Of a DNA stretch of 64,000 bases, positions 53,101 through 64,000 are shown piece after piece (within the stretch, counting starts at the first letter, position 1; each line of letters starts with the position of its first letter). Location: positions 13,818,124 to 13,882,123 of the forward strand of contig CM119265.1 in the NCBI GenBank assembly GCA_051294375.1. The letters run 5' to 3'. The notes below the pieces were generated by a model that saw only the letters and a list, made by a program, of their open reading frames with translations, ran no database searches and was not told the DNA's origin. Both the position numbers and the translations under genes were made by a program. Origin of the DNA: Paraspadella gotoi (taxonomy: Eukaryota > Animalia > Chaetognatha).

Positions 53101-53748
53101 CCCCTCTGCGTTCTCCGAATGCGCTGATGCGCCATGAAAGACGGCGGAACGACTCTTGTCTAGGCAGAGACTGGACGGAGAAGGCGAAGGCGAAGGCAAG
53201 ACCCAAGAGCAAAATAACCGCCGAAAAATGGCGGGGTCGTCGTCGTCGTGAGGTCTTGTTTGATGGCGCCTTAGTAGGCGTCTTAACAAAGTAATACATG
53301 ACGAGCTTCGTCCCATGTCGCTCTGTCGATCTATCTATCTATCTATCTATCTATCTTTTCTATTTTTATATATTTCTATTTATCTTTCTATCCATCCTGC
53401 CTGTTTTTCCTTTCTCCTTTTTACATACATATTTTCTCGTCATAAAACAGAATTTAGACGAATTGAATTAAATTCTATTTCAATTCTGCCATAAAATCTA
53501 ATTTATAAAAAAATTTAAAACTTGTACTAGTTCATCGCTTCGTCATGACCTTCTAGCCTTTTCCTTCGCCTCGACTAATTGTTTCAACATCACTTTTGCT
53601 CCAGGGACTCGAAACGTTTTTTTTTTCACTAATTGGCCGAGAGAAGAAAGAGATGATTTTTACCTTTCGGAGTTTTTCTGACCTAAAAAGGATAAAAGCA
53701 TTTGTGTGCGCTTTTGTCTGCCGTATTTGGATACATGTGTTTGTTTGT

Positions 53749-53795
<47 letters not shown>

Positions 53796-54013
53796 GAAAG
53801 GACTCTCTTGTCCGTTTTACCTTTTTTTCGCCCATTAGCGAAACTAATCCGTCACATCGTCTTGGGTAAAAGCCCTAAAGTCTGAACGATCGGTCCTTTC
53901 CCTCTTTTCTTTTTCCCCGGGGTCGAAAATATTTCTTTAAAAAAAACGTATTACATAAAAGTCCTTAAGTACGAAAATTCACCCTTTTTTCTTCTTTTTT
54001 TGTTATCCTCCAG

Positions 54014-54127
54014 CTTTTTCGGAAGCTCTTCACCATCAACAATTGGCGACGTCTCAGACGGACCCTCATCTTTCGACCACCGCCGCTACTCTGATGGGCG
54101 GCGCTGCCGTCGAACAAAATGCCACCG
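54014..54127 (+). CDS. Abl: Abl tyrosine kinase, N-terminal cap exon (xFSEALHHQQLATSQTDPHLSTTAATLMGGAAVEQNATG)
   Basis: Acceptor ttatcctccag and donor G|gtaaga; 114 bp, open, phase 1-1. It splices in frame to the exon at 58893. The EAL motif matches the start of the Abl common cap region (human ABL1 EALQRP, Drosophila EALLQSRP). Similarity is short, so this exon is less certain than the next three. Confidence 0.7.
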
Positions 54128-54635
54128 GTAAGAATTTAAATTTTCGAGAACGATTTTAACAACACCCGGATGTAATTTAATCGACAATACTTGAGTAAAC
54201 GAATTGTCAGTTCAATTGGAAATATAACGCGCTTTTGAGCTCGAGTTTGTTCGGTTTGTGTCTCGAAAATTGATACGAGAAAAAAGTGAAAACAAATCGT
54301 TTGTCTGTCTCTGTTTCTGCTGGTATTTATTTGTCGGCGTCCAAAGAGTTTGCAACACGAAAATAATGAGCTTCGCCTCTTTAAACGTTAACTTAGAATG
54401 TAAACTATTGTTTGTTCCTTCTTAACGGGGTTAGCGGTTTCCTTCTCTTTCTTTCTCTTTCTCTCGGTTTCTTTGAAGAACGAAGTATGTAAATCGAACT
54501 CGCAGTGATGATTATTTTAACCGAGAACCGAGGTTTTCTTCAAGTAAAAAAAAATAGTCCAAGAGACGTATTTTTTTAAAAACCACTCGTTACTTTAGTT
54601 GAAGCGGGAAAAAAAATGCGGGTTAAAAATTTGAA

Positions 54636-54830
54636 ACGTTGGTTCTGGGTCGGCGTTTTTGCAGAATTAGTCGGACGAACAAGATGGGAGTTATACGTGT
54701 TGCAGTTGCTGAGAATGTGACGATTATGGCAACAGCCGGGTTGCCTGTGATGCCCATTGGGATGGGGCATCTCACTGTTGGCTTTGGGGGCTTCCGACCC
54801 TCAGTGACGCATCCAGTCACTGGCGCGGTT
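54636..54830 (+). pseudogene. Possible Ty3/Gypsy-type retropepsin (aspartic protease) relic in an Abl intron
   Basis: VGSGSAF (decayed D[ST]G[AS] site) followed after a 1-bp shift by CRISRTNKMGVIRVAVAENVTIMATAGLPVMPIGMGHLTVGFGGFRPSVTHPV, which resembles the flap and beta-strand region of Gypsy proteases. No LTR, RT or integrase seen. Confidence 0.35.
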
Positions 54831-56141
54831 ACCCTAGGACGATCTCGCTTTGCCAACGCAGAGGGAAATCGTTAGGACTGTGGATGGAACACTACGCCTG
54901 GGATGGCTGAAGGATGGTGGACGTGAGGCGGTGTGAATATACCGCCACACGATTTCGATTTTTACATTCGCTTAATTACTTAATTACTTATCAGTTATCT
55001 ACAATAACTATCGACAATGAAGAAAACAAAGATGAAAGAATCTAAAGCGCGACTGATCTTCGCGCCGATCGAAAGTGAATTCCGGCGAAAACCCAGTAAT
55101 GCCGATAATGATATGGGTAAGGGTTGAGTAATGATTCGGCGCGGGATTTGGTGAGGCGTTAGCGAGTTCTTCCAAAGGTGAGGGTCGGCAAGAACCTCCC
55201 CGGAACCGTCTTAAGCGTCGAAACGCCGTGATTTATTGGAGGTGAGCCGCGCCGCCTCCGCCGACGCCCAACCATTTCTTTCTCCTTTCGCAACTCTTGC
55301 GCAAAAACCCGACGACGTCGACGACGACGATGCCGACGACGAAGACGACAACGACGACCCAAATACACGTAGCGCAGTCATTTTTTTAAAAAAAATCATA
55401 ATTGCTCCGTTTTCGATTTCCCGCCTTCTCCGCGCGCGAATTATGACGACGCCAAGAAATCATTTAAAAGTTTTTTATTTCTTTTTCTAATTCAAAAAAA
55501 TTTAAGATTTAAAATTTATTTGTTCAGGAAATAAAATTGAAGAAAAATTCAAAAGATAAGAACCCGATTAAAAATATAAAAAGAAAACTGTTATGAAAAA
55601 TGAATAATGATTTCTTATACTTTTCGTGCTTTTTTTTTTTATTATTTTCGCTCACAAATATCACGAACAATTTCGATTTTTAATTTCTTCTATATTTCTT
55701 GTTGCGCCTTTTGTGAACGCGACGTCATCTTTTGTATTCAGGATCTTTTTCATTCTTATTTTCATTTTTATTTCATCCACTCTTTTCTTTCTTTTTTTTT
55801 TTTTTGAATGTATTCAGTAAGAAAAACTTTTTTACTGTTATGGATCACAGAAAATTACATCTCCCATTCATTATTATTTTCAGTCATAAAATAAAATTAT
55901 CAGTGAATTTTTTTAAGTGAAAGTTTTCTCTCCAAGCTTTGGCTTCACGATTTTATTTTATTTACTACAGTTTGGTTCTCGCTTGCCTAAGGATAACTGT
56001 GACTTACCCAAGCCTCACCCTACACTGACTTCACCCACCCATGAATCTTTCTCACCCAAGCCTCACCCTACTTTTTTTCGCCAATGAATTCCAGCCGCGG
56101 TTTTATTTTCTCTCTTCCGATATCTTGGCGCCGGAAGTGGA

Positions 56142-56185
<44 letters not shown>

Positions 56186-57374
56186 ATAGCATAGGTGCTA
56201 CAGAATTTGTGAGTAGATAAAAGGCAAATGATTTTGAACTGTATATTTACATGATATGATGGTAATGTCATATAGTTATTGTGTCATCATTGTGTTTTTT
56301 AGCGCTTAGGAAAAAAATTCAAAAATAGATTAAGTTATAAGCAAAATAAGAGAAAGGTAGTGAGAATGACAACAACAGATGAAAAATTATTAGACTCCCA
56401 AAAACCACCCAAGCCGGAATCACCATAAATCACCACCCAAGTAAGAACCACCATAAATCCCCACTCAAAAGGACACCCTCTTTGGGGCCACAATTGTCTA
56501 AAGTTCCTTTGATATGGTGAGTCGAATTCATTTCTTTTTCCCCTCAGGTTTTTAGCAAAGGAAAGTTTGTGATCCTGCATTTGTATCCGAAAACAGAAAC
56601 CTCGTGACGTTGAAGACAGACGCGATCGGATCATGATCCCAGATATAATTCCTCTAATGAAAAACCGCCCTAATCTCTACCACCCCCAATGTCTCCCCCC
56701 CCCCTCTCTCTCCGCGCCAACGACTCTCGATGTTCGACCCCGAGGAATCGGGTAATCACCCCCTCCGCCGCCCCCGGGGTCGACGAAGAGACTTGACCCC
56801 TAGCGAGGCGAGGACGCGGAAGCGACTCTCCCACTCGCCGAGACTGGAGACCGACTCCGCTCGCGAACTCGGATAGCGCTGAGACACTCGCGGGGTCGAA
56901 CGACGTGACACTCGCGTGTGATATCGCTCGCTGATTTAGAGGCGAATGCTTTCATACTACTTAGCGAGCGTTGTCTAAATGGGAGTCGTGATTGCTCTTT
57001 CACGAACTCGCTTCGTCGCTCACTCTCGCAATATCCACTCGCGTACTCTCAGCCATAAAAAAAAAATAATTTGGAATGACTTGGCCGAAAACCCTACGAC
57101 GCTTTCCCTTCGTCTTCACTCCCACGATTTGTGGGGAAAAACTATGCGGTGAACCATGGAGAGAAAACGACAACGATCACAAAGATCGACAACGAGGCTT
57201 GGTTACAATTTAAAGCCCTGTCTGGTTCTTATCTCTTTAGACGATAAATATGAAAAGTTGTTATCGAATAAATAATTCAAATTTTAAACTAAAATTTTAA
57301 AAACAGCTTTCTTGAAATGTATATTTAATCGTAATGTTATGTACATAAACCCACATCCGAGAGAGAGAGAGAAG

Positions 57375-57422
<48 letters not shown>

Positions 57423-57621
57423 GAGAGAGAGAGAGAGAGAGCAGAAACAGAAACTCGGCGCAATCTGAGGCATAGAAAGAAAGTAGATGACGAAGGAACA
57501 GAATAGGTAATTTCCCTTCTTGGGGCCCCCGCTTCGGACGGAGGACAGAAAAGACAGAAAGTACAGCGGGGACCCGGGATGAATCGGTCGGCGAGGGTTA
57601 AGGGGTTAAGCCCGTGCGGGG

Positions 57622-57678
<57 letters not shown>

Positions 57679-58892
57679 TTTCCGTCTCCTCTCGTCCGGT
57701 CTCTCTCGTCTCCTTCTCATCTCCCTCCCTCTCTCTTCTCACTTTTTTTTAGTTCTTTTCTTCCTATCCTTTTTTTTCAAGAATTTCTTTTGTTTTTTCA
57801 GGCGACGTAATACCCCGCGCCCTGGGGATAACTTACCGTTTGAGGATAACTTACCCGCCGCGCGTAAATAGCGGCCTTTTGAACGCTTTTTGCGGGGCGG
57901 CATGGGGAAGAGAGGAGAGAGAGAGAAAAAAAAGAGGGGAACTGTGCCCCCGTCCCTATTTCTTGCCAATGACACATTTTACTTTGTCCAAATCTTAAAT
58001 GTCCTTTTGTAGTATTTTTGTGAAGGGAATCGCATCAATCTCGACTCTTTCCTCTTCATAGAAATTTTTTTTTTTCTCAGCGTCATTTTGAAATCGCTTT
58101 TTCGCTATCTTCTCACAAAATGAGCTCAACTGAATTCCGTAATTTCTCCCAAACTTAATTTCCTAAACGCTTATTATACTCTCTCCCCACTTTTTTTTTT
58201 TAGCCTCTATACTCAAAATCCCTCTTTGGCCAAATCCTTGTCCTCCTTAAACGCTTGACTCATTTTTCTCATCCTTTTGTCTTTTGTTTTTTTGGCTCCC
58301 AACATAGAGGGCGACGGTTGTTGGGTCCTCGTTGGAACGNNNNNNNNNNCTCGCGGCTAAAAACGGAAACGTTTTCAACGCGGGCGACGAAGCGGCGTTT
58401 TTTGAAAGCCTTTCATCTCACCTGAGACGTGTTTTTCAAAAGTCCCTGACCTTTTTTCCGTGTCGTCGTCGTTGTCGTCGTCGTTACCCTCGTCACAAAA
58501 ATAGTTTTGAAGATTCGTTTCAGAACATCAATTCAAACAAAAAAAGAAAATTATTCTTTCTTTACGTTGTCGTCGACTTTTGTCGCTGTTTTCCTGACGA
58601 GAGACGTTTGTGTGAAGAATTTTCCTCAAAGTGATTTTCGTTTGGCCTGAGTTTTTTTTCGATTTCTTGAGGTTTTTTTTTTACGATCAAATTTTTTTTT
58701 GCTGAAATAAAAGAGACAATTTGTCAGTTAAGACGATAAAAAGATAAAACGATAAAACAATAAAAGAAACAATTTGACATTCAAACAATAAATAAGCATT
58801 GAGCAAAAATAGTTAAAAAACTTTAAAAAATTGAATTTTTTTCCTCCCTTTTTTTTGGTCCTATATCAGCTTTTCACTCTCTTCTTTTGCAG

Positions 58893-59171
58893 GCAACAAC
58901 CTCTTAGGGTCGAGCCGGTGGATGTCGCGCGAGAATCTCCTGGCGGCGTCAGGCGGTGGATCGGCCGCCGCCGTCGCCGCGGCCCAGGCGGCACACGCTT
59001 CTCATGCCACGGCGGCTGCTGCTGCCGCCGCCGCCGCCGCTACGGCGGCGGCTTCGGCGGCGGCAGCGTCGGAAAACTCTGGCGGGAGCGCGGCGAGTCT
59101 CGACCCCGAACTCTTCGTCGCTTTGTACGACTTCCAATCTGGGGGAGACAATCAACTCACTCTCGCCAAAG
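58893..59171 (+). CDS. Abl: Abl tyrosine kinase exon: cap motif RWMSRENLL, Ala-rich linker, start of SH3 (DPELFVALYDFQSGGDNQLTLAKG)
   Basis: Acceptor cttcttttgcag and donor AAAG|gtaagg; 279 bp, phase 1-1. Matches the Abl signature RW.S.ENLL...DP.LFVALYDF...G.N.L...KG. The phase-1 donor after K-G is at the same position as the human ABL1 exon 2/3 junction. Confidence 0.96.
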
Positions 59172-59337
59172 GTAAGGTGGGGTCAGGGATGTCGATGACT
59201 AAACTGACGATGGTAAGGTGACGAGAACGATCATTTTATTTATGAATACTATGACGAGTTGAGGACAGTCTGCAGTGTCTCCTCGCAAATCGTCCAATGT
59301 CCAATTTCGTTTCCCTTCTTGCCGTCGTCGTCATCGT

Positions 59338-60118
59338 NNNNNNNNNNNNNNNNNNNNNNNNNNNNNNNNNNNNNNNNNNNNNNNNNNNNNNNNNNNNNNN
59401 NNNNNNNNNNNNNNNNNNNNNNNNNNNNNNNNNNNNNNNNNNNNNNNNNNNNNNNNNNNNNNNNNNNNNNNNNNNNNNNNNNNNNNNNNNNNNNNNNNNN
59501 NNNNNNNNNNNNNNNNNNNNNNNNNNNNNNNNNNNNNNNNNNNNNNNNNNNNNNNNNNNNNNNNNNNNNNNNNNNNNNNNNNNNNNNNNNNNNNNNNNNN
59601 NNNNNNNNNNNNNNNNNNNNNNNNNNNNNNNNNNNNNNNNNNNNNNNNNNNNNNNNNNNNNNNNNNNNNNNNNNNNNNNNNNNNNNNNNNNNNNNNNNNN
59701 NNNNNNNNNNNNNNNNNNNNNNNNNNNNNNNNNNNNNNNNNNNNNNNNNNNNNNNNNNNNNNNNNNNNNNNNNNNNNNNNNNNNNNNNNNNNNNNNNNNN
59801 NNNNNNNNNNNNNNNNNNNNNNNNNNNNNNNNNNNNNNNNNNNNNNNNNNNNNNNNNNNNNNNNNNNNNNNNNNNNNNNNNNNNNNNNNNNNNNNNNNNN
59901 NNNNNNNNNNNNNNNNNNNNNNNNNNNNNNNNNNNNNNNNNNNNNNNNNNNNNNNNNNNNNNNNNNNNNNNNNNNNNNNNNNNNNNNNNNNNNNNNNNNN
60001 NNNNNNNNNNNNNNNNNNNNNNNNNNNNNNNNNNNNNNNNNNNNNNNNNNNNNNNNNNNNNNNNNNNNNNNNNNNNNNNNNNNNNNNNNNNNNNNNNNNN
60101 NNNNNNNNNNNNNNNNNN
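59338..60118. other. Assembly gap inside an Abl intron
   Basis: N-run. The flanking exons join with no missing SH3 residues, so no constitutive exon is hidden here. Confidence 1.
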
Positions 60119-60675
60119 CCTTCCTCAGTTTCATGGTTTCCACGTAAAGCCTATTAATTTTGATGTGGGTAGAAAATTAGAAAGAGGAGTAAGGAAAAGA
60201 GAGTTAGCTGTTTAAGAGGTGTTAGTTCGGACAGGGCCAGTGAGTTTCGTGAAGCTTCAAGGAATTTTGTGAGTTAAAAACTTTTACTTTTATTTTTTCT
60301 TTAAGTTTAGATGCCCCTAATTTAAACAAAAACAAAAAAACAAAAACAAGCCCCCTTTAATTAGAACACTCAACAAGACAAGAAAATAGATTTTTAGGAC
60401 AAAAAAGGCTAAACATTTTTTTTTGCCAGAAAAAAGACTTGCTGCAAAAAAAAAGAAAGAAAAAAAAACAAAAAACTGCAAAGAATTAATTAGCTTAAAG
60501 CTGTTCAACTTAAACGCCTCCCTAGCGCCTGATATTCAAAAGAAAAAAAACTTCTCCCTTAACTTTTTTTTCTTTCTTTTTCTTATCGACTCCTTTCTTT
60601 TTATGCTTTTTGCTCTTTCTCTCTCTCTCTCTCTTCTCATCTCTCTCTCTCTTTCTTCTCTCTCCCTCCTCTTTC

Positions 60676-60741
<66 letters not shown>

Positions 60742-60809
60742 TTCTTTACACCCTTGCCCACAATTTCTTCTCTCTCTCCCTCTCTCTCTCCTCTCTCCCT
60801 TCTCTTTCG

Positions 60810-60849
<40 letters not shown>

Positions 60850-60879
60850 CTCTCTCTCTCTCTTCTTCTCTCTCTCCTG

Positions 60880-60920
<41 letters not shown>

Positions 60921-61011
60921 CTAAAATAGAGAATCCAACGCATTGACGTCAACTTAAACGGTTGAACACTCCCTCAATTTAATAAGAATTCCCCTCGATG
61001 ACTTCACCCAG

Positions 61012-61162
61012 GCGACCAAGTCCGCGTGATTGGCTACAACAAGGGAGGCGAGTGGTGCGAGGCTCAAAACAAGGCCGGCCGCATCGGGTGGGTTCCTTCC
61101 AACTACATCACCCCGGCCAACAGCCTCGAGAAGCACTCGTGGTATCACGGACCCATCTCTAG
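61012..61162 (+). CDS. Abl: Abl tyrosine kinase exon: rest of SH3, SH3-SH2 connector, start of SH2 ([51 protein letters not shown])
   Basis: Acceptor cacccag and donor AG|gtaagt. The hand translation is near-identical to Abl [24 protein letters not shown]. Phase 1 start is compatible with the previous exon. Absent from the ORF track. Confidence 0.97.
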
Positions 61163-61911
61163 GTAAGTGGCGGTGAGTCGTTGGTGAGATCGGGGCGTGA
61201 AGCGGAATATCTCTCCCCCCCCCCATCGAAGGGAGTCTTGGAATTTCCCTTTTCGTCTCCGTCTCCCCTTAACGATACAATAGATAAAGGAAATTAAAAA
61301 TATGTAAAAATACGAGGTTTTCTCCGAGGCTCATTATGCGTCCGTCTTTTATGTTTGAGGGAGCTGGAAAAAAAAACGTTTGAATATGGAAAACATATTT
61401 GTTATTGTTGAGTGTGATAATGAAATGAGATAAGGGTCTAAAATATGTAATGAATTTTATGCTACCTTTTAGTTTACAGAAACGTGAATTATAAAATCGA
61501 AATAAGCTGATTACTATCGGGAAGGACTGCACTGAATAATATATTTTATTTATGAATACGATTGATGAGATTAGCGAGTTTGTCAAAAAAAAGCGCTTAC
61601 TTGTTTTGATTATCTTTTCTTCTCATCGATGAATTTTTCGCTCGAAATAAAACGCGATCTTCTAAAAAATTGTCATCGTGAATTTCATTATTCACTCTCA
61701 TCGTTTTTTTTTATGATTCACTTACTGGAATCTTTCACTCGTCTTCACTGGACGCCGCGGTCGTCGGATGCAGCGCGAGCACATTTTTTTCCCTCGTTCA
61801 CGGAAAGGAGTAAATTAATTCACATCCCCGTTGGACTTCATTGTTTTTCAGGATTCCCTTTTTTTTTTCCAACGAGTTCTTTCCTCTCTTTTCGATTGAG
61901 AATATTCATTA

Positions 61912-61954
<43 letters not shown>

Positions 61955-61993
61955 CTCTCTCCTCTCTCTCTCTCGTCTCTCTCTCCTCTCGAT

Positions 61994-62025
<32 letters not shown>

Positions 62026-62349
62026 CCATCCTTCCCCCGCCATTTTCTTAATTGTTATTTCGTATCGTTACTTTAATTTCCCCTTCTTGGGAATCTTTTT
62101 TTTTTTTTTTTTTTTTTTCAAGAAACCTTTTTAATTTTTAAATCCTTTTAAAAATCTTCCATTTAACTTTTAAAAAGGCGATTCTTTTCTCGTTAACGGT
62201 TTTCCGCCCGAGGCAAATTGATATTCAAAGATGGCCAGTTCCTCTTCCACCGATTTTTGAGATTTCTAACAATGATTAATATAAAGTCAAAAAAAATTAA
62301 TTTAATGTGAGATATTTGTCTCCCGCCCCGTTCTCCTCACCCTTTTTAG

Positions 62350-62497
62350 AAACGCGGCCGAGTATCTTCTCAGCTCTGGCATCAACGGAAGTTTCTTGGT
62401 TCGAGAGAGCGAGAGTTCGCCCGGACAGCGGTCCGTCTCGCTGAGGTTCGACGGGCGCGTCTATCACTACCGCATCAACGAGGACGGCGAAGGAAAG
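62350..62497 (+). CDS. Abl: Abl tyrosine kinase exon: SH2 core ([50 protein letters not shown])
   Basis: Acceptor cctttttag and donor AAG|gtaagt. Contains the FLVRES phosphotyrosine-binding motif within the Abl-specific [28 protein letters not shown] stretch. Phase 2 start completes the Arg codon (AG+A). The gene continues past the window end. Confidence 0.98.
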
Positions 62498-63514
62498 GTA
62501 AGTTTGAGAAGGAAAGTTTCGCCTCGTGGTTGGGAAAGTCTTACTTAAAGAGGCGAAAACAATTTTAACATAAAATATATGAACTTTACTAAAATAGCGT
62601 CAAACTTCGAAACGGAGAAACGAAAAAGTAAAGCGAAGAATTTGGGTCAAAGGTCATAGGTTTCGAAGGTTAGGGGTCGTAAGGTGGCGCTAGGAGTCTT
62701 CTCCGGGAAGCTATCGCGGGAAAAAAGAAAACAAAAGGGAAGATGAGAATCGAATCGAGAAAAACAAACAAAACAAAGAGAAAAAAAAAAGAGAGAATTA
62801 ATGACGCGAACGCGGATTCAGACTTTTTTACTAGTTTATTTTTTTTTAAAGTTTTTTAAACATTTTTTCCCCTTACTTTTTTTAGCTTGCATAAATTTAA
62901 GAAGTTAAAAAATTATTCTAAAAATAGCGAGAAAAGTGCAAATTAAAGAAAATAAGAAAGTCAAGCCCCATTTAACTAATCAGAGAAAGGCCATCTCCCC
63001 TTTCACGGAGTTTCTTCACCGGGCACCCGAAATTGTAGTCACCGAACTCTGCTTAGTCCTGACAGAGACACTTTTTCCTTCCTCCCGTCCCCCCATGTCA
63101 TCCGGGCCCGACTCACCCAACTCGAAAGCCCTACAAATATCGGCCATCACTTCCGAAAGCGCCACATTATTCAGTTTGTTTTTAGAATTAGGTTTATTTT
63201 AAGGTTTTAAAGGCTTAAGTTATTGGTTAGGGATTTGGTTAAAGATTGAGATTTGGGATTAAGGTTTAGGGTTAGGAGATAAGGTTAAGGATTAACCTCA
63301 GCAATTAGAAGTAGGAAGTAAGCTTAGGGCTTAGAAATTGTATTAAGCATTTGAATAAAAATTTGAGTTGGTAAACATTAAGTTTACGGATTAGGAACAG
63401 AAAAGGGGCGCTGTTAGAAAATAATGCCAAAATATCGACATCGAGTCGCATTTATTGCGAAAGGGATTTTCGATCCGCGACTTTCGCATTCGACGACGAG
63501 GCGCCATTTTCCTT

Positions 63515-63561
<47 letters not shown>
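63515..63561. repeat. (TCG)n trinucleotide microsatellite
   Basis: Read directly. Similar GAC/GTC tracts occur at about 15960, 16621, 29148, 43700, 44902, 46750, 47534, 47644 and 51724. Confidence 0.95.
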
Positions 63562-63562
<1 letters not shown>

Positions 63563-63857
63563 GGTTGTAGTCGTTGTCGTCATCATCGCGGTTGTACTCG
63601 TTGTCGTTGTTTGTTGTCGTTGGCGCCGTCGAAAGAGGCCGGAGAAGGCGAAGGCGAAGCGGTTTGAGATTAAAAGCGGAATTTCGCTTCTCGATCGCAG
63701 CTGCTCACCATTTCCGGGTGAAACTCGTTTAGAGGCCGATGCGGAATTTCCAATACAAAATGAAACTGGGAAAAAAAAGTTGTTTCCTCAATCGAGCGGG
63801 CGTGCCCTTTTTAGATCTCTCTTTCTTCCTCTCTCTTCCTCTCTCTCTCTTCTCCTC

Positions 63858-63899
<42 letters not shown>

Positions 63900-64000
63900 A
63901 ATTGTCTTCTTTGATCGATGAACCTTCCTTTTCATGCAAGACCGCAGCCCTGTCTGCGGCGCCTGCGGCGCCTGCTGCCTCTACCCTTCTTTGGTCCAAC

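Noticed and set aside
63225-63335. TTAGGG/TTAAGG-like repeats (also about 8471-8490) as telomeric sequence
   Set aside because: Few, highly degenerate units inside an intron; not a telomeric array.

Overview
Eukaryotic (animal, probably invertebrate) draft-scaffold DNA. It is AT-rich, dense in (AG)n/(CT)n and (GAC)n/(GTC)n microsatellites, and has about 15 N-gaps. Almost every ORF in the supplied track is a microsatellite, low-complexity or gap artefact. The one firm gene is a + strand Abl-family non-receptor tyrosine kinase: four phase-compatible GT-AG exons (54014-54127, 58893-59171, 61012-61162, 62350-62497) encode the cap, SH3 and most of SH2. The kinase exons lie beyond the window and the first exon was not found. 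This Abl has an unusual 53-aa Ala-rich linker between the cap motif and SH3. A 1-kb sequence occurs twice in inverted orientation (about 1479-2503 and 12767-13799), and its left copy lies inside a 1.55-kb unit with perfect 19-bp terminal inverted repeats. Between the two copies is a chain of GC-rich, splice-site-bounded islands (7350-11900) that may be a frameshifted secreted CUB/sushi-like gene (low confidence). A 3.2-kb direct duplication with an 81-bp minisatellite (20.4-27.6 kb) looks like a long-read gap-filling artefact. Several degenerate transposon relics are also visible. I found no evidence of a new multi-gene system; the best leads are the Abl insert and the inverted-repeat-flanked candidate gene.
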